NCBI GenBank assembly: GCA_050485845.1 | Contig: JBJHCD010000001.1 | Coordinates: 1 to 30,243, forward strand | Reading direction: 5' to 3' | DNA from: Pirellulaceae bacterium | Lineage (GTDB): Bacteria > Planctomycetota > Planctomycetia > Pirellulales > Pirellulaceae | Length of the DNA stretch: 30,243 nt | Shown: positions 9,501 through 17,690 of the stretch, one piece after another | How positions within the stretch are numbered: the stretch's first letter is position 1 | Layout: every line of letters starts with the position of its first letter | Translations under genes and position numbers: made by a program | The notes under the pieces: generated by a model | What the model was told of the DNA's origin: nothing | Database searches by the model: none | What the model saw: the letters and a program-made list of their open reading frames with translations, nothing else

Positions 9501-10614
9501 AGCGAGCACAGGCCACCGTCATTCCGAGAAAGGCCTTGGAGAAGGCGTCGATCTTGTTGTCGATCATCTCCTGGTGGATCCCGTTGAAGTCGAGACTGGT
9601 CCCATGACGATGTTCCCCCATGTGATAGAACATCGGCCCGATGAGACTTTCCGTCACTCCGTGAGTCGGATTGACCCGCGGATCGGGCAAGAGATCTCCA
9701 GCAATCTGTTCTCGGATCAACTGGTCAAAGCCGATATCCGCATTGAAGGCTCGGATCAGATAGTCGCGGTATTCCCAGGATCCCTTGGCCGGATTGTCCC
9801 ACTCGTAACCGTAGGTGTCGGTGTATCGCACCACATCCATCCAGTGCCGAGCGAAACGTTCACCATAGTGGGGCGATGCCAGCAATTGATCCACGGCCGC
9901 CGCCACGGCGGCATCGGGATTCTGGTGAAAGGCTTTCCGAAACGTGGTTACTTGGTCAGGACGAGGAGGGAGTCCGGTCAGGACGAAGGCCAATCGCCGC
10001 AGGAGAATTTCGGGTGAGGCAGGAGGAGCCGGAGCAAGTCCGGCGGATTCAAGTTTGGCCAGGATAAAGCGATCCACCGGCTCCCGGGTCCAGTCCACGT
10101 CGGCGACGGATGGCAGTTCACTGTCACGCGGCGGTTGAAGGCTCCACCACTGGCTGCGCTGCGCCAGTTTAACCTGCCAGGCCGCTTCGGCCGCCTGCTC
10201 GGGGGAGGGGGGCGTATCGCGCGGGTCCTCGGCCCCGCCGCGGATCCAATGTTCAAAATCAGCGATCACCGAGTCGGCAAGTCTTCCGGTCGGGGGCATT
10301 TCAAAGGATTCGTGGCGGAGGGCTTCGAGCAGCAAACTCGCCTCCGGTTCGCCCGGCACGATGGCAGGTCCCGAATCACCACCGGCGCGAAGGCCGTCGC
10401 GGTAGTCCAGCACCAGGCCTCCCTGAACCTCCGAGGCTCCCGAGGAATGACACTCGTAGCAATGTTCGACCAGTACCGGCCGAATTTTCGTCTCAAAAAA
10501 CTCCAGCTCCTCCCGGCCTTCTCCCCGTGAAGGGGCAAGGGAGAGCAGCAGAGCCAGTCCGAAGGTCGGCCAACCAGCGAAGAAGGCGAAATCGGCGCGA
10601 AGGAGTTGATTCAT
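6565..10614 (-). CDS. Planctomycete cytochrome c (PSCyt1) + DUF1549 + DUF1553 (PSD1) exported protein
   Basis: Signal peptide. Motifs FFETKIRPVLVEHCYECH (CxxCH, 10447-10461), HYGERFARHWMDVVRY, VACARCHDHK (second CxxCH, 9496-9510), TARVYVNRVWQWVFGTGIV, PSHPELLDWLA, RRLEAEAIRD and VPAQALLMLN. Confidence 0.95.
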   Translation of the reverse strand: MNQLLRADFAFFAGWPTFGLALLLSLAPSRGEGREELEFFETKIRPVLVEHCYECHSSGASEVQGGLVLDYRDGLRAGGDSGPAIVPGEPEASLLLEALRHESFEMPPTGRLADSVIADFEHWIRGGAEDPRDTPPSPEQAAEAAWQVKLAQRSQWWSLQPPRDSELPSVADVDWTREPVDRFILAKLESAGLAPAPPASPEILLRRLAFVLTGLPPRPDQVTTFRKAFHQNPDAAVAAAVDQLLASPHYGERFARHWMDVVRYTDTYGYEWDNPAKGSWEYRDYLIRAFNADIGFDQLIREQIAGDLLPDPRVNPTHGVTESLIGPMFYHMGEHRHGTSLDFNGIHQEMIDNKIDAFSKAFLGMTVACARCHDHKLDAISQADYYALAGVFMTPRWTTRAIDAPESRASLVAELRRLRDEIRAELAQAWTAVARETLDPLTLREWAAGRHSSWQTAGLEDIAYPVVQLLEQTSWLETYNLRAEAASESTELLVAEDRSILARGEVPATDEYTVRFTTEPGSAILLQLEALTDESLGSGGPGRTEHGNFVLSHLRVEVRPLISDSAHDDQGGQFANGVTSDEDPRAANGEWREVKIGSATAGFSQAGYPVQAALDPAPGTGWAIGGVSPLNLDRAARFQFAEPVEMPHGGEWRVTLVQHYGSQHVLGRFRLALGNMNKKPRSDMQRRALDLATVNRWNELNSEWATEREARQQANQAQFMVLTDFSQPGFPEGWVIDGAGLEHGYVTDGTPRIALQGESLVTTLLDRGYHTHALSSKLPGAIRLPPSETFPRNIVSLRMSGGDWAGRIDVPQNAFQAENISFLDPSAGSTWQSVTGRNLNNGVTRLLTEFSTSDLHPNFPPRTGLARAGGTRLPDNDDGFDKRSWFSLTGVVAQETPGTPPDTLDAFVPLYSGAAPASNDEAWQRVAGWLSSSVVRWARDEVGSGDVRVLNWLLAEELLPNRAEQLPKVAELVERYRAVEAEIEFPRSAISMDERDMAPLNYRLNIRGNVDDEGPEIPRGFLEVFSRDRSSDGLLPAEFTGSGRFELARYLTDPRNPHTARVYVNRVWQWVFGTGIVATPNDHGHLGDLPSHPELLDWLALRFMEEGWSTKKLVKQLVLSRTFRQSGERASEARRHDPDNRLLHHYPTRRLEAEAIRDHLLAVSGRLDPRLYGRPINPPRVAEDSAKRLFSGPWDSYGRRSIYITMSIMEPPKFLVGFNLPDLKLPTGRRDETNVPAQALLMLNDPLVTRLAEFWAEQLVQDGRSDPGDRIEAMFLAALGREATEEERRRWIEGARQLARGLPVGSAEDSARVFPKDFAEVGGDWMGDPWIWANVAHAVFNTKEFIYYR

Positions 10615-10763
10615 GATGGATGATGGGGGGGCAGGGAGCGCCGCAATGCAGCGCGGGGCAATCCAGGCGGGTGAGCCAACCTCATCATCATAGCGGATTT
10701 CTCAAGGAAAGATCCATTCCCGCAGGGGAGGTCTCCGGTGCCGCCAAGCCGTCCCAAAAAAGT

Positions 10764-10793
10764 TTGACATCCCCCCCTCGAGGCTGTTAGGCT
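10764..10793 (+). promoter_or_regulatory. sigma70-type promoter for the 10858 gene
   Basis: Perfect TTGACA (10764-10769), 18-nt spacer, then TAGGCT (10788-10793) preceded by an extended -10 TG (10785-10786). RBS GAGGAG at 10845-10850 before ATG 10858. Confidence 0.65.
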
Positions 10794-10857
10794 GCGCCAA
10801 CCGCGGCGATGAATACACCCTCCCCTTATCGGTTACCTGCTCACGAGGAGTTCCTCT

Positions 10858-11790
10858 ATGTTTCGTCTCTCATGGTGCGGATGGTTCGTGGCGTCGATGC
10901 TGTTGACTCTCTCGGTTCCATTGGCTCATGCCGACGTTGAGGACCCGAACGAAGCGGAGAAGCCGACGCCGGAGTTGACTCAGCCGTTCGTGGACGAGAT
11001 TACCCTGTTCGCGATCCGGGAAGATGGAACGCGATATGCGGTCAAGGATCCTCAACTGATGATCCGCACTTACGACGGCGAGCGGGGCGGCACTGGTGAA
11101 TTCGCCCAAAGTGCCGCCCATTGGGCTTGGGGAGAAGGCCGCCCCGTGGCCATTACCGTGTTCTGGCGATGGCAACACCGCGACACTTGGGGCCATTCCT
11201 TTATTTCCACCAGTCCGGGGCGACTGGTCGCGACGTGTGAACATCGTATTTGGAGCCCGGAACAGCCTGGACTCCAGTTCGCTCGACTCGAGGATGTTCC
11301 GGCACCCGCGGAAGCGAAGGAGGATCGGATCGAGCAGATGGCGAAGATTGCTCAGCGGTTTACCGGAGAAGAATTGGTCCGCGACCGAGTCCTGGACCTT
11401 GCGATCCTTCCAGACCCGATCTACCAATACCAAGCGGACGATATCGACGGAGCGATCTTTGGATTGGCCCGGAACGGAAGTCCTTACGGATATTTGTTCC
11501 TCGAAGCGGTCAGTGACCCGGTCGAGAACCGCTACTGGCGTCACGGTTGGATTAAGGGGACCAGTTCACACGTCAACGTGATGTTCGATGGCAGAGAACT
11601 CCTCCACATTCCTGGCGACCTGAATTTCGTGGGCGAGCCGACCGAGCCCTTTTGGGTTTTCTTTCGTGATATGCCAGGCGAACAAGCCCAGCAAGCCCAG
11701 CAAGCCCAGCAAGCCCAGCAAGCTCAGCAAGCTCAGCAAGCCGAGAATACGGAAAACGGCGAGCCGGTTGAGTCGGCAGAGGAGGAATGA
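10858..11790 (+). CDS. Exported hypothetical protein (resembles a conserved planctomycete family) with a low-complexity Gln/Ala/Glu tail
   Basis: Strong RBS; signal peptide ending LAHA-D. Segment PAPAEAKEDRIEQMAKIAQRF...ILPDPIYQYQ..DIDGAIFGL resembles conserved planctomycete hypothetical proteins as I recall them. No function assignable. Confidence 0.8.
   Translation: MFRLSWCGWFVASMLLTLSVPLAHADVEDPNEAEKPTPELTQPFVDEITLFAIREDGTRYAVKDPQLMIRTYDGERGGTGEFAQSAAHWAWGEGRPVAITVFWRWQHRDTWGHSFISTSPGRLVATCEHRIWSPEQPGLQFARLEDVPAPAEAKEDRIEQMAKIAQRFTGEELVRDRVLDLAILPDPIYQYQADDIDGAIFGLARNGSPYGYLFLEAVSDPVENRYWRHGWIKGTSSHVNVMFDGRELLHIPGDLNFVGEPTEPFWVFFRDMPGEQAQQAQQAQQAQQAQQAQQAENTENGEPVESAEEE
11683..11742 (+). 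repeat. In-frame 9-nt tandem repeat (CAAGCCCAG x4, CAAGCTCAG x2, partial) encoding a QAQ/QQA run
   Basis: Read directly from 11683-11742; translates to QAQQAQQAQQAQQAQQAQQA. Confidence 0.97.
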
Positions 11791-11940
11791 GGCTGGAAGG
11801 CATTGGTGAGCTTGGCCCGAGTCTCAATTCGGTCGGGTGGGGGGGCGAGACTAGCTCGTGAAGCATGCCACGCCCCGGGGGCCTTGCTGGGGCTGCACCG
11901 TTGTCTTGACTGGGACTGCTAGTTTACCGGCACCTCGTTC

Positions 11941-11949
11941 TGGTACACT
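11941..11949 (+). promoter_or_regulatory. Possible extended -10 promoter for the sulfatase
   Basis: TGgTACACT (TGn + TACACT) about 90 nt upstream of ATG 12041; no well-spaced -35 element. Confidence 0.3.
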
Positions 11950-12040
11950 CTCGCTGGAACGTTTTCCGTGACGTCCTAAGGATCATCGCGGATCAATCTG
12001 AGTTGTCTGAAGGTATTTTTTGCGAAGTGCGAGAGTGGAA

Positions 12041-13606
12041 ATGGTTGCTCGATCCTTCGATTGCCTGGCCGTGTCGCTACGGGTACTGGTCTCAATTCAA
12101 GTACTCATGACGTTCGTGTCGGTGGAGGCCGCCGACCGGAACATCGTGTTCATCATCACGGACGACGAGAGTCCGACACTGGGATGTTACGGTGACCCGG
12201 TGGCTCGGACCCCGGCCATCGACGCCATTGCCGCGGACGGTGTGATCTTTCGCAACGCCTTTGCCACCACGGCGTCGTGCAGCGCGAGTCGGAGTGTGGT
12301 GATGAGCGGTCTGCACAATCATCGCAACGGCCAATACGGCCATCAACACAGCTATCACAAATTTCTGACATTCGACGGCGTGGGGCGACTGAGCCTTCCG
12401 AATGTGATGCGCGGGCTTGGTTACCGCACCGCGCAAATCGGCAAGTACCACGTGGGGCCCGAGTACGTTTATCGATTCGATACGTATCTGCGTGGTAATG
12501 CTCGCAATGCCGTGGAGATGGCCGAGCGATGTCGAGGTTTTATCACCGCGGACGACGAGCGCCCTTTTCTGTTGTACTTCGCAACATCCGATCCCCATCG
12601 CAGCGGCGAAGAGGATGAGAACAGCCGGCAGGAACTGAAGCCGAATCTTTTCGGCAACCTTCCGAATCGGGGGCATTATCCGGGAGTCGATGAAGTCTTC
12701 TATGACCCGGCCGAGGTTCCCGTGCCGGCCTTTCTACCGGATACCGTGGAGACGCGGGAGGAGCTGGCCCAGTATTACCAGTCTTGTTCCAGGATCGATG
12801 CCGGGGTGGCTCGATTGGTCCAAATCCTCCAAGAGGCCGATCTGTACGACAAGACGCTGATTGTCTTTACTTCGGACCATGGCATGGCCTTCTCAGGAGG
12901 AAAGACGACCGTTTATGAAGGGGGATTGCTCGTCCCGATGGTCGTTCGCGATCCCTACCAGCCCAAGCGTGGATTCGAAAGCCGGGCGCTGATCAGCCAC
13001 ATCGACATCACGCCGACCCTGGTCGACTATGCCGGGGGACTGGATCCGCGCACGGGAGGGCCTCGCCGTTACGGTGAGGTACCGGCTGACAGGGAGTCGG
13101 CATCCGGTTCCACTCGCCCGAATCCAGCCGCGCCGCGGGAGAACACTGACGGAGGGAAGCCGTTCGATGTCTATCATGGTCGTTCCTGGCTCCCTGCCTT
13201 GGCGGATCCCGAAGCGGAACATTGGGAGACGATCTTCGCTTCCCACACATTCCACGAGATTCAGATGTACTATCCGATGCGGGTGGTTCGCGACAAGCAG
13301 TACAAGCTGATTTGGAACATTGCCCATCCCCTCCCCTACCCCTTTGCTTCCGATCTCTGGGCTGCTTCCAGCTGGCAGGCTCAGTACCGGAAAGGTCTGG
13401 ATGCTCCCTACGGTCAAAAGACGGTTGGTCAGTACATTCATCGTCCCGAGTTTGAACTGTACGATATCCGCGAAGATCCTCACGAAAGCACCAACCTCGC
13501 GGAAAGTAACGAACACGCGGATCTGCTCGAAGCTTACAAGCAGCGTCTCCAGCGATATCAGCGGGAAATGCAGGATCCCTGGATCATCAAATGGGAATAC
13601 GAATGA
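12041..13606 (+). CDS. Exported sulfatase (formylglycine-dependent S1 family, N-sulfoglucosamine sulfohydrolase-like)
   Basis: Signal peptide ending VEA-A. Motifs NIVFIITDDE, CSASR followed by SVVMSG, GYRTAQIGKYHV, FTSDHG and ELYDIREDPHESTNLA. ATG 12041 preferred over TTG 12020. Confidence 0.93.
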   Translation: MVARSFDCLAVSLRVLVSIQVLMTFVSVEAADRNIVFIITDDESPTLGCYGDPVARTPAIDAIAADGVIFRNAFATTASCSASRSVVMSGLHNHRNGQYGHQHSYHKFLTFDGVGRLSLPNVMRGLGYRTAQIGKYHVGPEYVYRFDTYLRGNARNAVEMAERCRGFITADDERPFLLYFATSDPHRSGEEDENSRQELKPNLFGNLPNRGHYPGVDEVFYDPAEVPVPAFLPDTVETREELAQYYQSCSRIDAGVARLVQILQEADLYDKTLIVFTSDHGMAFSGGKTTVYEGGLLVPMVVRDPYQPKRGFESRALISHIDITPTLVDYAGGLDPRTGGPRRYGEVPADRESASGSTRPNPAAPRENTDGGKPFDVYHGRSWLPALADPEAEHWETIFASHTFHEIQMYYPMRVVRDKQYKLIWNIAHPLPYPFASDLWAASSWQAQYRKGLDAPYGQKTVGQYIHRPEFELYDIREDPHESTNLAESNEHADLLEAYKQRLQRYQREMQDPWIIKWEYE

Positions 13607-13832
13607 GCGGAGGGTTGCGCCGCTCTCAAGTGGGCACCCTGCACGTCGTGATCGGGACAAGCGCGCGGAAACGAACAGCGGTGCGCGCTTCCTGCGGCGG
13701 CAAGCAGGACTGATGAAGGGCCCGCGAACACGATCATTCGGCCTCCACCCCATCCGATTCAAGGGGTTTCTCGCTAGCAGATTGAAGGTCGAATCGCTCG
13801 AGTTTCATGAACGCGGCTGCTTTTTGGGTGGA

Positions 13833-13848
13833 TGGCCCCCGGTTTGCT
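13833..13848 (+). promoter_or_regulatory. Putative sigma54 (-24/-12) promoter
   Basis: TGGCCC-CCGGT-TTGCT, with GG at 13834-13835 and GC at 13846-13847, the exact 12-nt offset of RpoN promoters; about 125 nt upstream of ATG 13973. Confidence 0.45.
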
Positions 13849-13972
13849 AAAAGTCGCAAGGTTTGATTTTCGCGACCGCTTGGCGAACCGGGGCCGAATC
13901 GTTGGCTTCCGGCGTTCGAATCTACTCGGATGGAGCGGCGTCCCGACCGGCCGAAGAAGGAAACGAGATTAC

Positions 13973-15037
13973 ATGGGCAATCATGAAATTCACTGTGAGT
14001 ATTTTTCGCAAGAGGATCTGCTCGGGGCGGGGTGCCTTGACTTGCGGCTTGCCATCGAGGCAACCCGCGAGGCGATTGCCTCCTTCGAGGCAGGGGATGT
14101 CATCTTTCCCGAAAAAATCGTCCAGATCTTCAATAACGAAACACAAGAGAGAATCAATTGCCTCCCCGCCACGTTCCGCAGCAAGAAAATCTGCGGCGTG
14201 AAATGGGTTTCCGTCTTCCCGCCGAATCCCACTCGGCATGGAATTCAGAACCTGTCGGCCGTGATTATTCTGTCGGAGATTGAACGTGGATTTCCCATCG
14301 CCTTCATGGAGGGAACGCTCTGCTCCAACGTCCGCGTGGGGGCCGTGGGAGGACTGGCTGCCTCCTATCTTGCTCGTCCCGATTCCGAGACCATCGGTTT
14401 CATTGGGGCAGGCGAGCAGGCGAAGATGCACTTGATTGCGATGAAGACGGTCATCCCCTCGTTGAAGACCTGCCTGGTCGCGGCGAAGGAAGTTGAAGAG
14501 GAGGAACAGTTTGTCCGCCAGATGTCTCCCATCCTGGCTGACATGGAGATACGGGGGACCGGCACCGATTTGGAGGCGGCGATCACCTCGGCTGACATCG
14601 TCGTCACGGCGACGAGTGCCCAGGCGCCGCTTCTGAAAGCTGCTTGGATGAAGCCGGGTACGTTCTACAGCCATATCGGCGGTTGGGAAGACGAGTACGC
14701 CGTGGCCAAGAGCTGTCAGAAGATTGTCTGTGACGACTGGGAAACGGTGAAACACCGAACCCAGACGCTCAGCCGCATGTATCAGGAGGGAGAATTGTCG
14801 GATGCCGATATTTTCGGCAACCTCAGCGACCTCGTCTCGGGCCGCAAGCCGGGCCGGGAAACTCCCGAGGAACGAATCTATTTCAATGCGGTCGGCTTGG
14901 CGTATATCGACGTCGCCATTGCCTGCGCCATGTACGAAAGAGCGCGCACAGCTGGCATGGGCCAGGATCTCAAAATTCAGCATGAGATGATTTTCGAACA
15001 CGCACATCTCAAGGATTGGGTGCGCATGGGAAAATAA
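13973..15037 (+). CDS. Ornithine cyclodeaminase/mu-crystallin family protein (NAD(P)-binding imine reductase or cyclodeaminase; substrate unknown)
   Basis: GVKWVSVFPPNP, NVRVGAVGGLAASYLAR, Rossmann motif IGFIGAGEQA, ADIVVTAT, MKPGTFYSHIG and IYFNAVGLAYIDVAIA. AAGGA lies upstream of ATG 13973. Confidence 0.92.
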   Translation: MGNHEIHCEYFSQEDLLGAGCLDLRLAIEATREAIASFEAGDVIFPEKIVQIFNNETQERINCLPATFRSKKICGVKWVSVFPPNPTRHGIQNLSAVIILSEIERGFPIAFMEGTLCSNVRVGAVGGLAASYLARPDSETIGFIGAGEQAKMHLIAMKTVIPSLKTCLVAAKEVEEEEQFVRQMSPILADMEIRGTGTDLEAAITSADIVVTATSAQAPLLKAAWMKPGTFYSHIGGWEDEYAVAKSCQKIVCDDWETVKHRTQTLSRMYQEGELSDADIFGNLSDLVSGRKPGRETPEERIYFNAVGLAYIDVAIACAMYERARTAGMGQDLKIQHEMIFEHAHLKDWVRMGK

Positions 15038-15167
15038 GCGAGATGTCACCTATTGCGGGTGGGGCTTTTGCTGGCGAGTCGGGAGACGCCGGGGCATCAT
15101 GTGAATGGCGCGCGGTTCCGGGACGTGTCCACCATGACTTCGAGGTGCCAGAACCGGTCTGAATCTC

Positions 15168-17408
15168 CTATTCTGGGGAGGCATTGGGGAATGTGAACTC
15201 ATAAGTCCCTCCCCCCAATTCCAGGACCTGGCGACCATCGGACGACTCGCGGAGCGTCAAGTCGGATGATTCCAGGACGAGGCGGCCCGACTCCCGGACC
15301 GCTTCCCAGGAAGCATTGGGTAACAGGAATTCGACTTGCGTGTTGGCGGGCAACTCGAGCTGGCAGTTCACCTCACCGCTCGATTTGCTCCATTTCATCC
15401 GAACGGGACCACGAAGTGTGGGAATCTGAGCGGTGAACCAATCCAAGTCGCCCGGTTGGGGCGCGACCCGGAGACGACGGTAGCCTGCTTCCAATGGTGT
15501 CACTCCCACCAAATACCGCCCGATTGCCGCCACGGGACCGGTCGCCCATGGATGATTCCAATCCTGGTTGGTCTTATATCGCTGATCCCAGGCCTCCATG
15601 GTCATGGTGGCACCTTGCTTGATCATGTTGTGCCAACTTCGAACACCACGCGAATCGATCAACTCAATCGCGGCTTGTGGTTCACCATGACGAAACAGAA
15701 TCTCCAGCAGGAAGTGTGCCGCATACACGCTACACGTCGCCCCTCGTGATTGGACCGACTCGAGCACGGTGGCTTGATGGGCTTCCGGAACGAGATCGAA
15801 TGCCAGAGGGAACAGGTTTGCGTGGAGTGAGCTATGTGCGACTCCCTCACCATCCCGATACCGTCCCGTGTCCGTATCGAAGAAAACTTGTTGGTATTGT
15901 GCTCGTACATGAGCAGCCCGCTCGCCCCAGATAGCCGCCTCCTCGGGACGTTCCAGCACGTCGGCGATCTTCTGCATTAACACCAAGGCACGGTAATGAA
16001 AAGCATTGGCGACGGCGTCCACGTTGGTGATCTGGTGCTGATCCCGTTCTCCTGGAGGCCAGTCCACCACGATCCGCAGTGACTCGCCGAGGTTGAGGGC
16101 CGCAAGTAATTCGGGGGTCTGCAGCGACACGTCAATCAAGCCATCATCACGGGCCAAATCGACCAACGTCTTGACAGACAACTGATCGTAGCTGACAGCC
16201 AGCGAGCGAAGGTCACCGGTGTGCAGGTAGTCCTCCCAGGCAATCATGACGGTGAACGGATGCCATTCCAGCGGCCAGGTCGGGCGCTGCAGGAGGTACT
16301 CCAGAGTATGCCGCGCCATGCCATAAGAACGGTCGACGTTGTAGTGGGCCAGTTGATTCACGTACGTATCCGCTTCGTACGGTTTACGCTCTCGATCACC
16401 GTCGACGTACAAACCCGCAAAGCTGGTTGCCTGGATCGTGTACCGACATAGTTCCCAAATTGTGTCCAATCCGGGGCGTGAGGATTCGAAACGGGCTGCT
16501 TGCTCATCAAATGGAATGCTCAACCACCCCCGCTGAACCATCCCAGGTCGAAAACCGGGCGGGACATTTTCGAGCAATGCGAAGCGGAATGGCATTATTT
16601 GGGCCAGCCCCGGAGAAAGGCCCAAAAACCCTTCTTTCATCCACCCAGGGGGAGTCCAGTGGAGCGCGGGTTGATGCAATTGGATCCCCTCCTGGAAGCG
16701 AAGGGAGTGCTGTTGGTATCGAACCGAACCTGGAGGTTGACGATCAAGTTGATAATCGCCCGCCAGCTTTTCCGCCAGATGAACGCTCAACTCGCTTCCC
16801 GCGGGTGGTTCCTCCCAGATGATTGCCAGGTTTCCGAACGCAGCCTTGTCGAATTCGAAATACCATCGATCAGAGGCCAGTTGCACCGATTTTACTGGTA
16901 CGTCCCAGTTCATCAGCAGAGCCGGTCGGTTCGTAAAGTTTTGGTTGGCTCCATCGGAATGAGTCAGTCGGTAGCCGGAGTACATCCGGTCCGCTGTATG
17001 GAAGAATTGTGTTTGTGACCAAGGACTGACAGCATCCTGTTCATTCCACGTTCTGACGTGCCATTGATAGGTGGTGCCGGCCAACAACTCGGGTCCCTGA
17101 TAGGGAACCGCAACCGAGTCGGCCGAGGAGACTTTTCCAGAGTCCCAAAGTGGAGTGTCGGCGTTCACTTGACGAAGTTGGATTTGCCAGGCAACCTGGC
17201 GGGCTCCGCGGCGCGGGTCATTGATGATCCAACTGAACCAGGGTTCGCTCCGGTCGATGATGGTCCTTTCCGGAAAACGGAGCAGGTCCACCATCAGGCC
17301 GGTTGGGGCCTCAAGCGGAATCGGCACTTCATCCGCCAGCGAAGCAGAGTTGGCGAGCGTGAGCCAGGGAAAGAAAAACACGAACGACAAAAACGGTCGA
17401 AACAACAT
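15168..17408 (-). CDS. Exported glycoside hydrolase family 78, alpha-L-rhamnosidase-like
   Basis: Signal peptide. N-terminal Fn3-like block (PWFSW...QVAWQI...LWDSGKV...YQWHVRTW). Catalytic-barrel motifs VDGDRERKPYEAD, GATMTMEAW and WNHPW. C-terminal PLEAGYRRLRVAPQPGDL...IPTLRGPV. Confidence 0.88.
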   Translation of the reverse strand: MLFRPFLSFVFFFPWLTLANSASLADEVPIPLEAPTGLMVDLLRFPERTIIDRSEPWFSWIINDPRRGARQVAWQIQLRQVNADTPLWDSGKVSSADSVAVPYQGPELLAGTTYQWHVRTWNEQDAVSPWSQTQFFHTADRMYSGYRLTHSDGANQNFTNRPALLMNWDVPVKSVQLASDRWYFEFDKAAFGNLAIIWEEPPAGSELSVHLAEKLAGDYQLDRQPPGSVRYQQHSLRFQEGIQLHQPALHWTPPGWMKEGFLGLSPGLAQIMPFRFALLENVPPGFRPGMVQRGWLSIPFDEQAARFESSRPGLDTIWELCRYTIQATSFAGLYVDGDRERKPYEADTYVNQLAHYNVDRSYGMARHTLEYLLQRPTWPLEWHPFTVMIAWEDYLHTGDLRSLAVSYDQLSVKTLVDLARDDGLIDVSLQTPELLAALNLGESLRIVVDWPPGERDQHQITNVDAVANAFHYRALVLMQKIADVLERPEEAAIWGERAAHVRAQYQQVFFDTDTGRYRDGEGVAHSSLHANLFPLAFDLVPEAHQATVLESVQSRGATCSVYAAHFLLEILFRHGEPQAAIELIDSRGVRSWHNMIKQGATMTMEAWDQRYKTNQDWNHPWATGPVAAIGRYLVGVTPLEAGYRRLRVAPQPGDLDWFTAQIPTLRGPVRMKWSKSSGEVNCQLELPANTQVEFLLPNASWEAVRESGRLVLESSDLTLRESSDGRQVLELGGGTYEFTFPNASPE

Positions 17409-17651
17409 GCCGATTTATCGAATCCCCACAGTTAACAGGAGTTGAACCGAGAGGCATCCGACTATCGTGCCGCCCCTCGAGAGACCTCGCCCCGCATCGG
17501 GCAGCAGGATCTGGCGACCATTGACCGTCGCCCCCTCTTCTTCCCGACTCGAGATGAGAGAAAGTTGGATTTTACACTCGACCTTCGACTGGAATACCCC
17601 CTTCTCGCAAGATCGCTCGGCTGACGAAGGGAGATGCGACTCCGCGGGATT

Positions 17652-17690
17652 TCGAGTAGGACGTGTTTCGAGTAAGATGCGTGTCGAGTA
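17652..17690 (+). repeat. Three intergenic direct repeats of TCGAGTA with 16-nt period
   Basis: TCGAGTA at 17652-17658, 17668-17674 and 17684-17690, in the divergent gap between the rhamnosidase and the exchanger. Confidence 0.8.

Noticed and set aside
13659-13740. Hammerhead-ribozyme words GAAAC (13668-13672) and CTGATGA (13710-13716) flanking a TCCTGC/GCAGGA hairpin
   Set aside because: Stem I fits, but the position pairing with A15.1 is C rather than U, stem III has only 2 bp, and no stem II can form (A opposite G). It is more simply GC-rich intergenic hairpins. An Rfam hammerhead scan would settle it.
13922-15049. 375-aa antisense ORF over the cyclodeaminase gene, and similar long shadow ORFs at 12893-13762, 19979-21496, 22677-23627 and 23658-24722
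   Set aside because: They lie antisense or out of frame to well-supported genes and have no motifs; such ORFs are expected from stop-codon scarcity in GC-rich DNA.
15168-17408. Impression of slightly lower GC in the rhamnosidase gene (possible horizontal transfer)
   Set aside because: Spot counts differed only modestly from other genes, and there are no flanking mobility genes or target duplications; a sliding-window GC and codon analysis would be needed.
17628-17645. GGAG-ATGCGA-CTCC hairpin resembling the first stem of the fluoride riboswitch
   Set aside because: The loop lacks the conserved pseudoknot sequence and the downstream GCUGAUGAC...CUAC element is missing.
17652-17690. Intergenic repeats (also 25371-25415) considered as a mini-CRISPR
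   Set aside because: Units and gaps are far too short for CRISPR repeats and spacers, and no cas genes are present.
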